Part shown: positions 40,802 through 50,823 of the stretch, piece after piece | How the letters are laid out: each line of letters opens with the position of its first letter | Numbering within the stretch: the first letter of the stretch is position 1 | Source: Thermoanaerobaculia bacterium | GTDB lineage: Bacteria; Acidobacteriota; Thermoanaerobaculia; UBA5066 | DNA length: 64,000 bases | Assembly (NCBI GenBank): GCA_963719225.1 | Contig: CAVRAY010000001.1 | Coordinates: 2,016,001 to 2,080,000, forward strand | Reading direction: 5' to 3' | Position numbers and translations under genes: made by a program | Notes under the pieces: model-generated | What the model saw: only the letters and a program-made list of their open reading frames with translations | Told to the model about the DNA's origin: nothing | Databases searched by the model: none

Positions 40802-43204
40802 CTAGAGCAGGTTTTGCGGGTCGATGTCGAGGCGCGGGGGATCCGGAAGCGCGGCGAGGAGGTGGCCGGCCTCCGCGATCGCCTCGCGGCGCTCGGCCTT
40901 GACGAGGAGGTGATAGCGCCAGAGGCCTTTCAACCTTTCGAGCGGCGCGGGCGCGGGGCCGAGAATGCGGATCTCCCGCGCGATCTCCGCCGACGCGAGC
41001 GCCTTGAATGCCGCTCCCGCGGAGGCGTGCGCTTTCGGAAGCTCGAGGTGGGCGAAGAGCGCGAGGAGGAGGTGCGTGTAAGGCGGATACCGGAACGCCT
41101 TGCGGAACCGCAGCTCCGCGTCCGCGAAGGCCGGATGGTCCTGGCTCACGGCGGCGCGGATCGCTTCGTGGTCGGGCCGGGCCGTCTGGACGGCAACGGT
41201 GCCCGGCCGATCGCCGCGGCCGACGCGTCCCGCGGCCTGTGTCACGAGCTGGAACGTCCGTTCCGCGGCGCGGAAGTCGGGAAACGAGAGGAGCGCGTCG
41301 GCGTCCAGCACCGCGAGGGCCGTCGCTTTCGGGAAGTCATGCCCCTTGGCGACCATCTGCGTGCCGAGAAGCGCCTGGGAGCGCCCGGCCTCGAAGTCCA
41401 GGAGGACGCCCGCGGCACCGCCGCGACGGGCCGCCGCGTCCCGGTCGAGGACCGCGTATGGAACTCCCGGGAAGCGCTCCTCGAAACGTTCGGCCAGGCG
41501 CTCCGTCCCGAAGCCGATCGGCATGAGGACTCCCGACCCGCACGAGGGGCACGCGGCGGGCCGCCGGATGTCGTCCCCGCAGTAGTGACACAGGAGCCTC
41601 TCGTGGCGCCGATGATAGGTGCGCGCCACCGAGCAGTTCGCGCAGCGGAAATCCTCGCCGCACGCGCGGCAGAGGAGGCTCGGAGAAAACCCCCGGCGGT
41701 TCAGGAGAAGGATCGCCTGCTCTCCCCTCTCGAAGCATTCCGAGAGGATCTCCGCCGTGCGCGAGGCGAAGAGGATCCGCCCGTGATCGCCCTCGCGCGG
41801 GCTTTCCTTGCGCAGATCGACGACCTCCACCGTCGCACGCGGACGCGCTCCCGGCCTCTCCGGCAGCGCGAGGCGCGGCAGACGGCCTTCCCGCGCGGCG
41901 CGTTCCAGCTCCATCGACGGGGTTGCCGATCCGAACACGAGGGTGGCGCCTTCCTCGTGCGCGCGCACCCGAGCCACGGCGCGCGCGTCGTAGCGCGGGG
42001 ACTCGCCCTGCTTGTAGGCGGAATCGTGCGCCTCGTCGAGAACGATCAGGCCGAGCTCCGGCAGAGGCGCAAAGACCGCCGAGCGCGGCCCCACGACCGC
42101 GTCCACGTCTCCCCGGCGGGCGCGTTCCCATTCCGCCGCGCGCTCGCCGTCGGACAGCCCGCTGTGCAGCAGGGAGACCCGGTCGCCGAAGCGACCCACG
42201 AGCCGTCGTACGAGCGCCGGCGCGAGGGCGATCTCCGGCACGAGCAGCATCCCGCGCCGGCCCGCCTCGCGGGCGGCCTCCAGCGCGGCGAGGTACACCT
42301 CGGTCTTGCCGCTCCCCGTCACGCCGTCGAGAAGAAACTCCCTCGAGACTCCGTCGCGGACGCCAGCGGAAATCGCGTCGATCGCCGCGCGCTGCGCCGC
42401 CGTGGGAACCGGCCTCTTGTCGCCGGAGAACGCGCCGACGTGCCGCGCGAGGTCCGTGCGCCGCTCGATCTCGACGGCCGAAACGAGTCCCGCCTTCGCG
42501 AGGGCCGCGAGAACGGCGGGCGAGCCCCCGGCGGCGCGAAGCTCCTCGGTCGACGCGGGTCGACCGAGCGCGAGGAGGTGCGCGTGCAGGGCGCGCCGTT
42601 TCGCCGAGCGTTGGAGCGCGGGATGGCCGTCCGGAACCGGCCGCGCGACCCAGGCCCGATCCGAGGGAGCAGCTGCGGCGCGCAGGTTTTCGGAACGGAT
42701 CCGCACGAGTCCGTCGGCGACGAGCTGCTTGAGAGCCGAAGCGAGACCCCTTCGCCCGGCCCCCGCCGCGAGCTCCGGAAGGCGGGCCTCGCCCATTTCG
42801 AGAAGCGTGCCGAGGATCTTCCCCTCGACGCCGTCCGCCGGCGCACCGACGGCCCGAGAGGTGGGAACGTAGACCGCTTCGGACGCGGCGAGGAGGCGCG
42901 CGGGAACCGCGGATCGGAGGATCTCTCCCGGCGGCACGAGGTAATACGCGGCGGCGCGCACGAGAACGCTCACGAGGCGCTCCGGGAGAAAAGGCGCGTC
43001 GTCGAGCGCCGCCACGACGTCACGTTCCAGCGTGCCCTCGGGAGCGGGGGGAGGGTCCAGCGCGGCCACGAGACCCGTCGCGAGGGCGCTCCCGAACGGC
43101 GCCGCGACGCGCGCTCCCGGTACGAGGACGCCGACGTCCTCCGGCACCCGGTAGGTCGGCAAGCCCGGGAACCGGTTGGGAAGGAGAAGCGCGACGCGCG
43201 TCAG
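40802..43204 (-). CDS. priA: Primosomal protein N' (probable CTG start)
   Basis: GVTGSGKTEVY, DEAHD, four CxxC pairs, QAAGRVGR; in-frame CTG at 43204 overlaps the upstream TGA. Confidence 0.93.
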   Translation of the reverse strand: MTRVALLLPNRFPGLPTYRVPEDVGVLVPGARVAAPFGSALATGLVAALDPPPAPEGTLERDVVAALDDAPFLPERLVSVLVRAAAYYLVPPGEILRSAVPARLLAASEAVYVPTSRAVGAPADGVEGKILGTLLEMGEARLPELAAGAGRRGLASALKQLVADGLVRIRSENLRAAAAPSDRAWVARPVPDGHPALQRSAKRRALHAHLLALGRPASTEELRAAGGSPAVLAALAKAGLVSAVEIERRTDLARHVGAFSGDKRPVPTAAQRAAIDAISAGVRDGVSREFLLDGVTGSGKTEVYLAALEAAREAGRRGMLLVPEIALAPALVRRLVGRFGDRVSLLHSGLSDGERAAEWERARRGDVDAVVGPRSAVFAPLPELGLIVLDEAHDSAYKQGESPRYDARAVARVRAHEEGATLVFGSATPSMELERAAREGRLPRLALPERPGARPRATVEVVDLRKESPREGDHGRILFASRTAEILSECFERGEQAILLLNRRGFSPSLLCRACGEDFRCANCSVARTYHRRHERLLCHYCGDDIRRPAACPSCGSGVLMPIGFGTERLAERFEERFPGVPYAVLDRDAAARRGGAAGVLLDFEAGRSQALLGTQMVAKGHDFPKATALAVLDADALLSFPDFRAAERTFQLVTQAAGRVGRGDRPGTVAVQTARPDHEAIRAAVSQDHPAFADAELRFRKAFRYPPYTHLLLALFAHLELPKAHASAGAAFKALASAEIAREIRILGPAPAPLERLKGLWRYHLLVKAERREAIAEAGHLLAALPDPPRLDIDPQNLL

Positions 43205-43851
43205 ACGCGCGTCCTCGGTTTCTGGTCGGGCGTCTCGTCGGGCGCGTCCTCGTCGACCTGGGTTCGCCGGGACACGTCGTCGGCGTCGACGAAGCGCTTT
43301 TCTCCGGGCTCCCAGCGCCAGCGGCGCGTCGGATCGAGCGCGAGGTCGGGCGTCACGATGAGGAGCGAGCGCTCGATCGAAAGGTCGCCGGCGGCGAGAG
43401 AAACCGCCCGCTCGACCCAGAGAGGCTTCTGAAAAGTCCCCTCCCCGGTCCCGAAGAAAACGGCCACGTGGAACCAGACGCCGGTCGAACCCTTCTCCAC
43501 GAACGCCTGCGCGAAGTCCAGCCGTCCATCGCCGTCCAGGTCGCCGCGGACGAAGAAGGGGTGATAGCTGCCGTAGACATCCTCGAGGTCGCGGTGCTCG
43601 TCGGATTCCACCGCATCGCCGTCTTCGGCGGCGCGCAGAACCAGTCCCGACTTCCGGAAGGCGGCGAGAGCTTCCTCGATGGCGACCTTCTCGCCCTTCG
43701 TCCGGCCCGAGGCGTCGAGCCCGCGCGTGTCCGGCACGGGCGGCGCCGCCCGCGCGGGCCTGGGCACACGCCTCGTGAGCACGACGGCTGCCGCGACGAT
43801 CGCGGCGGCACCCACGAAGACGAAGAGGACCTGGCGGGGGCGAGCGCTCAC
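43201..43851 (-). CDS. Membrane-anchored hypothetical protein with a GDLDGDGRLD (FG-GAP/Ca-binding-like) loop
   Basis: N-terminal TM; GTGA coupling to the upstream gene. Confidence 0.65.
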   Translation of the reverse strand: MSARPRQVLFVFVGAAAIVAAAVVLTRRVPRPARAAPPVPDTRGLDASGRTKGEKVAIEEALAAFRKSGLVLRAAEDGDAVESDEHRDLEDVYGSYHPFFVRGDLDGDGRLDFAQAFVEKGSTGVWFHVAVFFGTGEGTFQKPLWVERAVSLAAGDLSIERSLLIVTPDLALDPTRRWRWEPGEKRFVDADDVSRRTQVDEDAPDETPDQKPRTRV

Positions 43852-44708
43852 TTCTCTTTTCCTTTGCGGGTCGGGGGCTCGATTCCGAGCCTCGCGAGGA
43901 CGGCGAGGAGATCCTCCCACGCCTCTTTCTTCTGGGCAGGCTGCCGGAGGAGGAACGACGGATGGAAGGTCGGCATCACCGGGATCCCCCGGTAGCTCCC
44001 CCACTTCCCGCGCAACCGCATGATCCCCTCATCCGTCTCGAGGAGAAACTGCGCGGCGAACTTTCCGAGCGCGACGATCACCTCGGGCTTCACGAGGTCG
44101 ATCTGCTTCTCGAGATACCCTCGGCAGGACGCGATCTCGTCGGGCTCCGGATTACGGTTGTCGGGCGGCCGGCACTTCAGCACGTTCGCGATGTAGACGG
44201 ACGAGCGCGGCAGCCCCATGCCGTCCTCGATCATCTTCGTCAGGAGCTGTCCGGCGCGGCCCACGAACGGTACGCCCTGGGCGTCCTCGTCGGCGCCGGG
44301 CGCCTCCCCGATGAACATGATCCGGGCGTCGGGGGAACCGTCGGCGAAGACAGTCTGCTTGCGGGTCTTGCAGAGGCGGCACGTGACGCAGGAAGAGACG
44401 ACCCTTGCTAAAGACTGCAGCTCCAAGGCCGGCGCGCTTCGAGCGGCCGGCGAGTCGACGGGATCCAGGGAATTTTCTTCGAAGGTGAATAGGGGCGGCG
44501 GTTCAGGCTGGGCCGCCCCTGCGGATCCTGCCGCGGCGTTGCCGCCCGCCCTATTCCCTTTCAAAGAAATCTCTCTCTTCTCGTGCTCTTCGGACGCAGC
44601 AGGACCCAAAGATGGCGTCAGGTACAGCTCCGCCACTCCCAGGTCTCTGTAATACGCCAGGGTTTCCCTGAGCGCGTCGAAGCCGGGGCCGGGCCGCGCG
44701 GGGGTCAC
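43848..44708 (-). CDS. Family-4 uracil-DNA glycosylase (canonical)
   Basis: Cxx[21 protein letters not shown]. Confidence 0.92.
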   Translation of the reverse strand: MTPARPGPGFDALRETLAYYRDLGVAELYLTPSLGPAASEEHEKREISLKGNRAGGNAAAGSAGAAQPEPPPLFTFEENSLDPVDSPAARSAPALELQSLARVVSSCVTCRLCKTRKQTVFADGSPDARIMFIGEAPGADEDAQGVPFVGRAGQLLTKMIEDGMGLPRSSVYIANVLKCRPPDNRNPEPDEIASCRGYLEKQIDLVKPEVIVALGKFAAQFLLETDEGIMRLRGKWGSYRGIPVMPTFHPSFLLRQPAQKKEAWEDLLAVLARLGIEPPTRKGKEK

Positions 44709-44715
44709 CCGGAGA

Positions 44716-44946
44716 TCACTCGGTCGGGAGCAGGTCGACGGCCGGGGTCTCTTCCACGACCGGTTCAGGCGAGGCGAGCTGCCAGCGTACGAGGTCTGCG
44801 TTCACTTCCTCGAGCGCGATGCGCGTGACCTTCGCGTGCTTGCTCTCGATCTTCGGGCGCGCGCCCTGGACGAGCTGCTCGGCGCGCCGGGCAGCGATGT
44901 GAACGAGGCGGAACTTCGACTCGACGTTCGGCGGAAGCTGCGACAT
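44716..44946 (-). CDS. rpoZ: RNA polymerase omega subunit
   Basis: SKFRLVHIAARRAEQL, IALEE; follows gmk. Confidence 0.92.
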   Translation of the reverse strand: MSQLPPNVESKFRLVHIAARRAEQLVQGARPKIESKHAKVTRIALEEVNADLVRWQLASPEPVVEETPAVDLLPTE

Positions 44947-44969
44947 GAAGAGAATGTCCTCCGTGAGAT

Positions 44970-45593
44970 TCAGGGCGCGAAGCTCCTGAGGATCGATTCG
45001 AGGCGCTCGCGCCGGCGGCTTTTTCCCGCCCGCCGCGCCACGAGGATCGAGCGAAGCTCGTCCACCGCGGCCTCCAGATCCTCGTTGATTATCGCATAGT
45101 CGAACTCGCCCCACTCCTCCATCTCCTTGCGGGCCGCCGCGAGGCGCCGCTGGACGACTTCCGGAGCGTCGGAGGCCCGTGCTCGGAGGCGCGCCTCCAG
45201 GACCTCGCGAGACGGCGGGAAGACGATCACCTTCACCGCGTCCGGCACGTGAGAGCGCACCTGGCGCGCTCCCTGGACGTCGATGTCGAGGAGGACATCG
45301 AGGCCCTTTTCGAGGCGCGGCTCGACTTCCGCCCGCGAGGTGCCGTAGAGATTCCCGTGGACGACCGCCCACTCGAGGAACCCGGCGCGTTCCTCGATCG
45401 CCCGAAAAGCGGCCTGGTCGACGAAGTAATACTCGACCCCGTTGCGCTCGCCCGCACGGGGCGGTCGGGTCGTATGCGAGACGGAAAAGTGCAAGGTCCC
45501 GCCGATGCGCGGATCTTCGAGCACGCGGCGGATGAGCGTCGTCTTGCCCGCTCCCGAGGGCGAGGAGACGATGAAGAGGTCGCCGCGGCTCAT
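44970..45593 (-). CDS. gmk: Guanylate kinase
   Basis: SSPSGAGKTT, SHTTRPPR, LDIDVQGA. Confidence 0.96.
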   Translation of the reverse strand: MSRGDLFIVSSPSGAGKTTLIRRVLEDPRIGGTLHFSVSHTTRPPRAGERNGVEYYFVDQAAFRAIEERAGFLEWAVVHGNLYGTSRAEVEPRLEKGLDVLLDIDVQGARQVRSHVPDAVKVIVFPPSREVLEARLRARASDAPEVVQRRLAAARKEMEEWGEFDYAIINEDLEAAVDELRSILVARRAGKSRRRERLESILRSFAP

Positions 45594-45603
45594 CGCGTTC
45601 CTC

Positions 45604-46485
45604 TCATTCGACGTTCTGCACCTGTTCCTTGAAGGTCTCGAGATCCGACTTCAGGTCGAGGACGAGCTTCGTGGCGCCGACCTCGCGCACCTTCGCCCCG
45701 GACGTGTTCACCTCGCGGTGGAGCTCCTGCGCCAGGTGGTCGAGGCGACGCCCCACGGGTCCCGGCGACGCGAGCAGGCGCCGCACCTCCGCGACGTGTG
45801 TCTTTAGACGATCGATCTCCTCGGTGATGTCGGCGCGGTCGGCGAGCTGCGCCACCTCCTGCGCCAGGCGGGCTTCATCGAGCGGCACCCCGGCGGCGAG
45901 CTTCGCGACGCGCTCGGCGAGGTTCCTTTGAATACGTTCCGAGATGCCGACTCGTTCCGCGTCGAGTCGGGTCACTCCGGCCTCGATCCTCTTGAGGATT
46001 TCTTCGAAGGTAAGAGAAAGAGCCGCGCCTTCGCGAGCGCGGGTCGAGTCGAAGTCGGCGAGTGCCTTTTCGACCAGAGAAACGAGGATTTCTTCGAAGG
46101 TGTCCTCGCCCGGCGCGGCCTCTTCCTGCCGGACGACGCCCGGCAGACTGAGGAGGTCGCGCGCCGAGAGCTCACCGGGCAAGCCTCGATTCGAAGAATC
46201 TTCTCTCCACGCCTTCGCGTATTGCTCCGCCGCCGCCATGTCGAGTCGGGCCGCCGGCCCCGCCCCGCCTGCGGGACGCGTCGTTCGTATCAGGATGTCG
46301 ATGTGGCCCCTTTGCGCGACCTTCGCGACCGCCTTGCGGATCGCGGACTCAGCCGAGGCGTATTCGTCGCGCAGCTTCACCGAGACGTCCAGGAAACGGT
46401 GGTTCACGCCGCGGGCCACGACGTTCGCTTCCGTGCCGTCCGGCAGAGTCCCGGCCGCCCGGCCGAATCCGGTCATGGACTTCAT
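45604..46485 (-). CDS. yicC: YicC/YloC family endoribonuclease
   Basis: MKSMTGFG, VNHRFLD, GRRLD..QE..RE.NT, EQVQNVE. Confidence 0.93.
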   Translation of the reverse strand: MKSMTGFGRAAGTLPDGTEANVVARGVNHRFLDVSVKLRDEYASAESAIRKAVAKVAQRGHIDILIRTTRPAGGAGPAARLDMAAAEQYAKAWREDSSNRGLPGELSARDLLSLPGVVRQEEAAPGEDTFEEILVSLVEKALADFDSTRAREGAALSLTFEEILKRIEAGVTRLDAERVGISERIQRNLAERVAKLAAGVPLDEARLAQEVAQLADRADITEEIDRLKTHVAEVRRLLASPGPVGRRLDHLAQELHREVNTSGAKVREVGATKLVLDLKSDLETFKEQVQNVE

Positions 46486-48383
46486 CCCTTGCTCCCCGCC
46501 ACCGCGGCTTCGCGCGCCGGCTCGAAGACCTGCAGGTCGTGGAGGCGACGATACAACCCTCCGGCCGCGAGGAGGTCGGCGTGGCGGCCGCGCTCCACGA
46601 TCCGGCCCTCGTCGAGTACGACGAGCTGGTCGGCCCGGCGCACCGTCGAGAGCCGGTGCGCGATGACGAGGACCGTGCGGCCGGCCATGAGGCGTTCGAG
46701 AGCCTCCTGGACCGCGCGCTCGCTCTCGGCGTCGAGCGCCGACGTGGCTTCATCGAGGACGAGGATCGGCGGATCCTTGAGAAGCGCCCGTGCGATCGCG
46801 AGCCGCTGGCGCTGGCCGCCGGACAGGCGCGTTCCCCCCTCTCCGATCCGCGAATCGAGACCGCCGGGAAGGGCGTCCACGAACGCGAGAGCGTTCGCGG
46901 CGGCGAGAGCGTCACGGACCTCCGCGTCGGGCGCGTCCGGACGGCCGTAGGCGACGTTGCGCCGCACGGTCTCGTCGAAGAGGACGACGTCCTGCGTCAC
47001 GAGGCCGATGTGGGCGCGGAGTGAAGCGAGCGTCACGTCGCGAAGATCGATCCCGTCGAGGGTGACGCGGCCGGCCGTCGGGTCCATGAAGCGCGGGAGA
47101 AGCGCGGCGAGCGTCGACTTCCCGGCGCCGGAGGGTCCGACGAGCGCGGTGACCGAACCGCGGTGGAGCGCGAGATCCACCCCGTCGAGGACTTTCTCGC
47201 CGCCGCCGTAGGCGAAGGAAACGCCCTCGAAGAGGATCTCACGCGAAAAACCCGTAACCGGCGTTGCGTGCGGGCGGTCGACGACGTCGTTCGGGGCGTC
47301 GAGCACCTCGAAGAGCCGGCGGGCGGACGCGAGAGCCTGCTGGAGCGCGAGATTCGTGCGCGTGGCGCGCTTGAAAGGCTGGTACATCATCGCGAGCCCG
47401 ACGCCGTACGAGATGAACGTGCCGAGCGTCATCTTGCCCGCCGCGATCCGCGCGCTCGCATAGCCGAGGAGGAGGAGGAACGCGAGGACGGAAGCGGTTT
47501 CGACGAGGGGCGACGAGAACGCCATGACGCGCGCCCCCTTGCGCGCGAGGCGGAACGTGCGCTCGTTCACCTCGGAGAAGCGCTCGCTCTCCCACGTCTC
47601 GGCTCCGTACGCCTGGACGACGCGCGCCCCCCGGATCGTCTCGGACAGGACGCCCGTGAGATCGCCCATCCGCTCGCGCGCCGATCGCGAGAGGAAACGG
47701 AGCCGCTTCGCGATGAGGACGACCGGTACGATGATCGCGGGCGTGATGAGGAGCGCCACGAGCGTGAGCTGGGGCGAGAGCGAAACCACCACGAAGAGAA
47801 GGACGGCGAGCGTCGCGAGCGACTGCACGAGATCCGCGAGGTCGGTCCCGAAGAGGTTCTGGACCCGGTCGACGTCGCCCGTCACGCGCGCGATGAGGTC
47901 GCCCGAGGGGTGGCGCGCGAAGAAGGCTCCCGACTGGCCGAGGACTCCTTCGTAGAGCGTCTTTCTCAGATCCCGCACGAACGCGAGGCCGACGGCGTTG
48001 AACCGGTATTCGGCGACGAAGGCGCAGAGATTCTTCAGGACGAACGCGGCGAGGAGGAGAAGCGGCAGGACGAACGCGCGTGTCTGTTCGGTGACGCCCA
48101 GCGCTCTTTCGAGCGAGGCGAGACCCGAGTCGAGAGCCTTCGCGACCGCCGTCCGTCTCACGACGGACTTCTCGCCGACCACGGTCCCGAGACCAGGCGC
48201 GGAGCCGGAATGGGCCAGGACGGCGCTCCGCGCTTCGGGCGTGAGGACCTGATCGAAGAGCGGACCGAAAAGATACGTCACGAGGCCCGTGAAGACGGCG
48301 ACCCCGAGCATGGCGAGAACCGCGGCGAGGGCCGCCGACCGGTGCGGCCGGAAGAGGTGGAGGAGGCGCCGGAAATCGCTCAC
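46482..48383 (-). CDS. msbA: Lipid A flippase-type ABC exporter
   Basis: TM domain + GPSGAGKST, LSGGQRQR, DEATSALD; adjacent to lpxB. Confidence 0.85.
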   Translation of the reverse strand: MSDFRRLLHLFRPHRSAALAAVLAMLGVAVFTGLVTYLFGPLFDQVLTPEARSAVLAHSGSAPGLGTVVGEKSVVRRTAVAKALDSGLASLERALGVTEQTRAFVLPLLLLAAFVLKNLCAFVAEYRFNAVGLAFVRDLRKTLYEGVLGQSGAFFARHPSGDLIARVTGDVDRVQNLFGTDLADLVQSLATLAVLLFVVVSLSPQLTLVALLITPAIIVPVVLIAKRLRFLSRSARERMGDLTGVLSETIRGARVVQAYGAETWESERFSEVNERTFRLARKGARVMAFSSPLVETASVLAFLLLLGYASARIAAGKMTLGTFISYGVGLAMMYQPFKRATRTNLALQQALASARRLFEVLDAPNDVVDRPHATPVTGFSREILFEGVSFAYGGGEKVLDGVDLALHRGSVTALVGPSGAGKSTLAALLPRFMDPTAGRVTLDGIDLRDVTLASLRAHIGLVTQDVVLFDETVRRNVAYGRPDAPDAEVRDALAAANALAFVDALPGGLDSRIGEGGTRLSGGQRQRLAIARALLKDPPILVLDEATSALDAESERAVQEALERLMAGRTVLVIAHRLSTVRRADQLVVLDEGRIVERGRHADLLAAGGLYRRLHDLQVFEPAREAAVAGSKG

Positions 48384-49537
48384 GCGCGGCTCTCCGGGAC
48401 GGCCGCCGCGAGAGCCGCCAGAAGAGCGTCCGCCGTGCGGCCCGGCGCGCCGGGCGGACCGAGGTCGGCCGCGCCGCGGGCGAGCTTCGCACGCGTCGCC
48501 GCCGCGAGCGCGGGGTCCTGGAGGAACCGGGCGGCCTCCCGCGCGACGTTCTCTGGCGTCGCGTTGCCCTGGAGGAGCTCCGGGACCGTGCGCGCGCCGG
48601 TGCCGTCGTCCGAGACGATGTTCGCCATTGCGACGTGGGCGACCTTCACGAGCCGCTTGCCGATCCAGAAGCTCACGGGATGGATCTTGTAGACGACGAC
48701 CATCGGGACCCGGGCGAGGAGTCCCTCGATCGTCGCGGTTCCCGACGCGACGAGGAGGACGTCCGAGGAGGCGAGGAGTGCCAGGTGCTCGCCGCACACG
48801 ACGCGCCACGCCGCCAGCGACTCTCCAACGAATTCCTCGAAGAGCGCCCGCGGGATCGAGTCGGCCTGGACGAGAACGACCTCGAGGTCCGGCCATTTCT
48901 TTCTAAGAATCTCGACGGCGTCACGAAGCACCGGGAGGACGGATTCGACTTCGCCCTTCCGCGAGCCCGGCATGAGGACCAGCCGATGGACCCCGGGCGG
49001 GGGCGGCGCGGCGGGGCGCGCGAGCTCGCGCGCCGCCGCCTCCACGAGGGGATGCCCGACCCACGTGACGCGCGCGCCGAGGCCGCGCGCGTCGTACCAC
49101 CTCTTCTCGAACCCGAAGAGCACGAGGACGGCGCGACCGATCCGCGCGATCGTCTTCGCGCGCCGACTCCGCCACGCCCAGACCTGGGGCGAGACGTAGA
49201 AGACGACGGGAATCCCGGCGCGAAAGAGCCTCTTCGCGAGCGGGAGGTTGAAGTCGGGCGAGTCGATGAGGACGGCGGCGTCCGCCTTCTGCCTCACGGC
49301 CTCGGCGGCGAGCGAGGCGATGAGCCTCCGGGCGAAACGCAGCTTGGCGATCGCCTCGACGAGTCCCACGACCGCGAGGTCCTTCTGGTGCGCGAGAAGG
49401 CGCATGCCGGCGAGCCGGCAGCCTTCGCCGCCGATGCCGAACGTCTCGAGCACTGCGACACGCGCGCCGAGGGCCGAAAGCAGCGCGCTCGCATGCTGGT
49501 CGCCCGAGACCTCTCCCGCCACGACGAGGAGTCTCAA
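48380..49537 (-). CDS. lpxB: Lipid-A-disaccharide synthase
   Basis: AGEVSGD, IDSPDFN, SPQVWAWR, PGSRKGE, ASGTATIE. Confidence 0.95.
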   Translation of the reverse strand: MRLLVVAGEVSGDQHASALLSALGARVAVLETFGIGGEGCRLAGMRLLAHQKDLAVVGLVEAIAKLRFARRLIASLAAEAVRQKADAAVLIDSPDFNLPLAKRLFRAGIPVVFYVSPQVWAWRSRRAKTIARIGRAVLVLFGFEKRWYDARGLGARVTWVGHPLVEAAARELARPAAPPPPGVHRLVLMPGSRKGEVESVLPVLRDAVEILRKKWPDLEVVLVQADSIPRALFEEFVGESLAAWRVVCGEHLALLASSDVLLVASGTATIEGLLARVPMVVVYKIHPVSFWIGKRLVKVAHVAMANIVSDDGTGARTVPELLQGNATPENVAREAARFLQDPALAAATRAKLARGAADLGPPGAPGRTADALLAALAAAVPESRA

Positions 49538-49713
49538 CGCAGGACCGCCTCGAAGACGAAGCCGAGCGCCACGGCGCTTCCCACGAGCCCGAGGAGGGCC
49601 TTCAGGAAGAAGCGGCGCCCTTCACCGGGATCGTCCTTCCAGAGGAGCGCGAAGAACGCGGCCAGGAAGGCCGAGAGGAGAACGAGGAGCGGGAAGTGAT
49701 CGGTGAGGATCAT
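49534..49713 (-). CDS. Small two-TM membrane protein
   Basis: Overlapping starts/stops on both sides; two hydrophobic helices. Confidence 0.6.
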   Translation of the reverse strand: MILTDHFPLLVLLSAFLAAFFALLWKDDPGEGRRFFLKALLGLVGSAVALGFVFEAVLR

Positions 49714-49979
49714 GCCCGCCCTCCGGACGCGCGGAGAAAAGCGTCGAGGACGAGGAGGATCTGCATGATCGCCGCCACGAGGAGATACGTCCGCCCGTAT
49801 TCGCACGTCGCGGAGGAAAGGTTCCAGGGCTCGAGCGAGAACCCGATCACGGCGGTCGCGAGGACGAGCGCCAGGAACGCAACTCCGCGGAGGCGACGGC
49901 CGAGCAGGTAATGACCGGAACCTGGAACGACGGCGGATGCGAGCACGAGGAGGGCGAGCTCTCCGCCCGGCCGTTTCAC
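49710..49979 (-). CDS. Small membrane protein
   Basis: VPGSGHYLLGRRLRG motif, hydrophobic; coupled to both neighbours. Confidence 0.6.
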   Translation of the reverse strand: MKRPGGELALLVLASAVVPGSGHYLLGRRLRGVAFLALVLATAVIGFSLEPWNLSSATCEYGRTYLLVAAIMQILLVLDAFLRASGGRA

Positions 49980-50464
49980 GAGCGGCGGGCGAACGCGCCG
50001 GCGAGCTTCTCCCGCGTGAAGGGGAGCTCCTCGGGAATCGTCCGCGTGCCGCCGACGACCGTGATGAAGTTCGTGTCCCCCTCCCAGCGCGGCACGACGT
50101 GCAGATGAGCGTGATCGACGACTCCCGCGCCCGCGCTGCGACCGATGTTGAGGCCGTGATTGAACCCGTGCGGCCGGTAGGCCTCGGTCAGGACCTCTTC
50201 CGCGGTCGCGGCGAGATCGATGAGCTCGCGGCGCTCCGTATCGGACATCGCGGACAGAGAGCCGCGATGCGCGTAGGGCGCGAGCATGAGATGCCCGTTC
50301 GTGTAGGGATACCGGTTCAGCGCGGCGAACACCGACGCTCCCCTGTGGACGACGAGGCCGTCCTCGTCGCGTCGGCCCGCCAGAACGCAGAAGAGACATC
50401 CCGTGACGATGTCGCCCTCGCCGGCGAGGTACGCCGCGCGCCACGGCGTGTACAGGCTCTCCAT
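49976..50464 (-). CDS. HIT-family hydrolase
   Basis: TPWR, CLFC, NRYPY, HAHLHVVPRW. Confidence 0.92.
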   Translation of the reverse strand: MESLYTPWRAAYLAGEGDIVTGCLFCVLAGRRDEDGLVVHRGASVFAALNRYPYTNGHLMLAPYAHRGSLSAMSDTERRELIDLAATAEEVLTEAYRPHGFNHGLNIGRSAGAGVVDHAHLHVVPRWEGDTNFITVVGGTRTIPEELPFTREKLAGAFARRS

Positions 50465-50823
50465 CAGCCCGGGCCGGCTCCCGGAACCCGGTCGTCCGCG
50501 GCGGCGGGCGGGGCGGGAGTCGTCTGGTTGATGAGCTCCTTGAGCTTCTTGCCCGGCTTGAAGTACGGGACGCGCTTCGGCGGGACCATCACCTTCACGC
50601 CGCTGCGCTTCGGATTGCGCGCGATCCGCGCGCCCCTCTGCCGGAGCCGGAAGCTGCCGAAACCCCTGAGCTCGATCTTCTGGCCCGACCTGAGCGAGGC
50701 GATGATGCCGTCGAAGACCGAGTCCACGATGACCTCAGCCTGTTTCTTGGTGACGTCCGTGGCGTGAGCGACCTGCTCGACCAGGTCCGCCTTCGTCGTC
50801 GTACCTTCCGCGCGGCCTACCAC
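50464..50823 (-). CDS. HU/IHF-family nucleoid protein (IhfB-like)
   Basis: TKADLV, IELRGFGSF, RNPK, VPYFKPGK; start uncertain. Confidence 0.9.
   Translation of the reverse strand: MVGRAEGTTTKADLVEQVAHATDVTKKQAEVIVDSVFDGIIASLRSGQKIELRGFGSFRLRQRGARIARNPKRSGVKVMVPPKRVPYFKPGKKLKELINQTTPAPPAAADDRVPGAGPG

Noticed and set aside
40777-40813. CTAnAGCAGGTT duplicated at the priA 3' end, with a tRNA-like GGTTCGA
   Set aside because: Too short for an att site; no tRNA fold or integrase nearby
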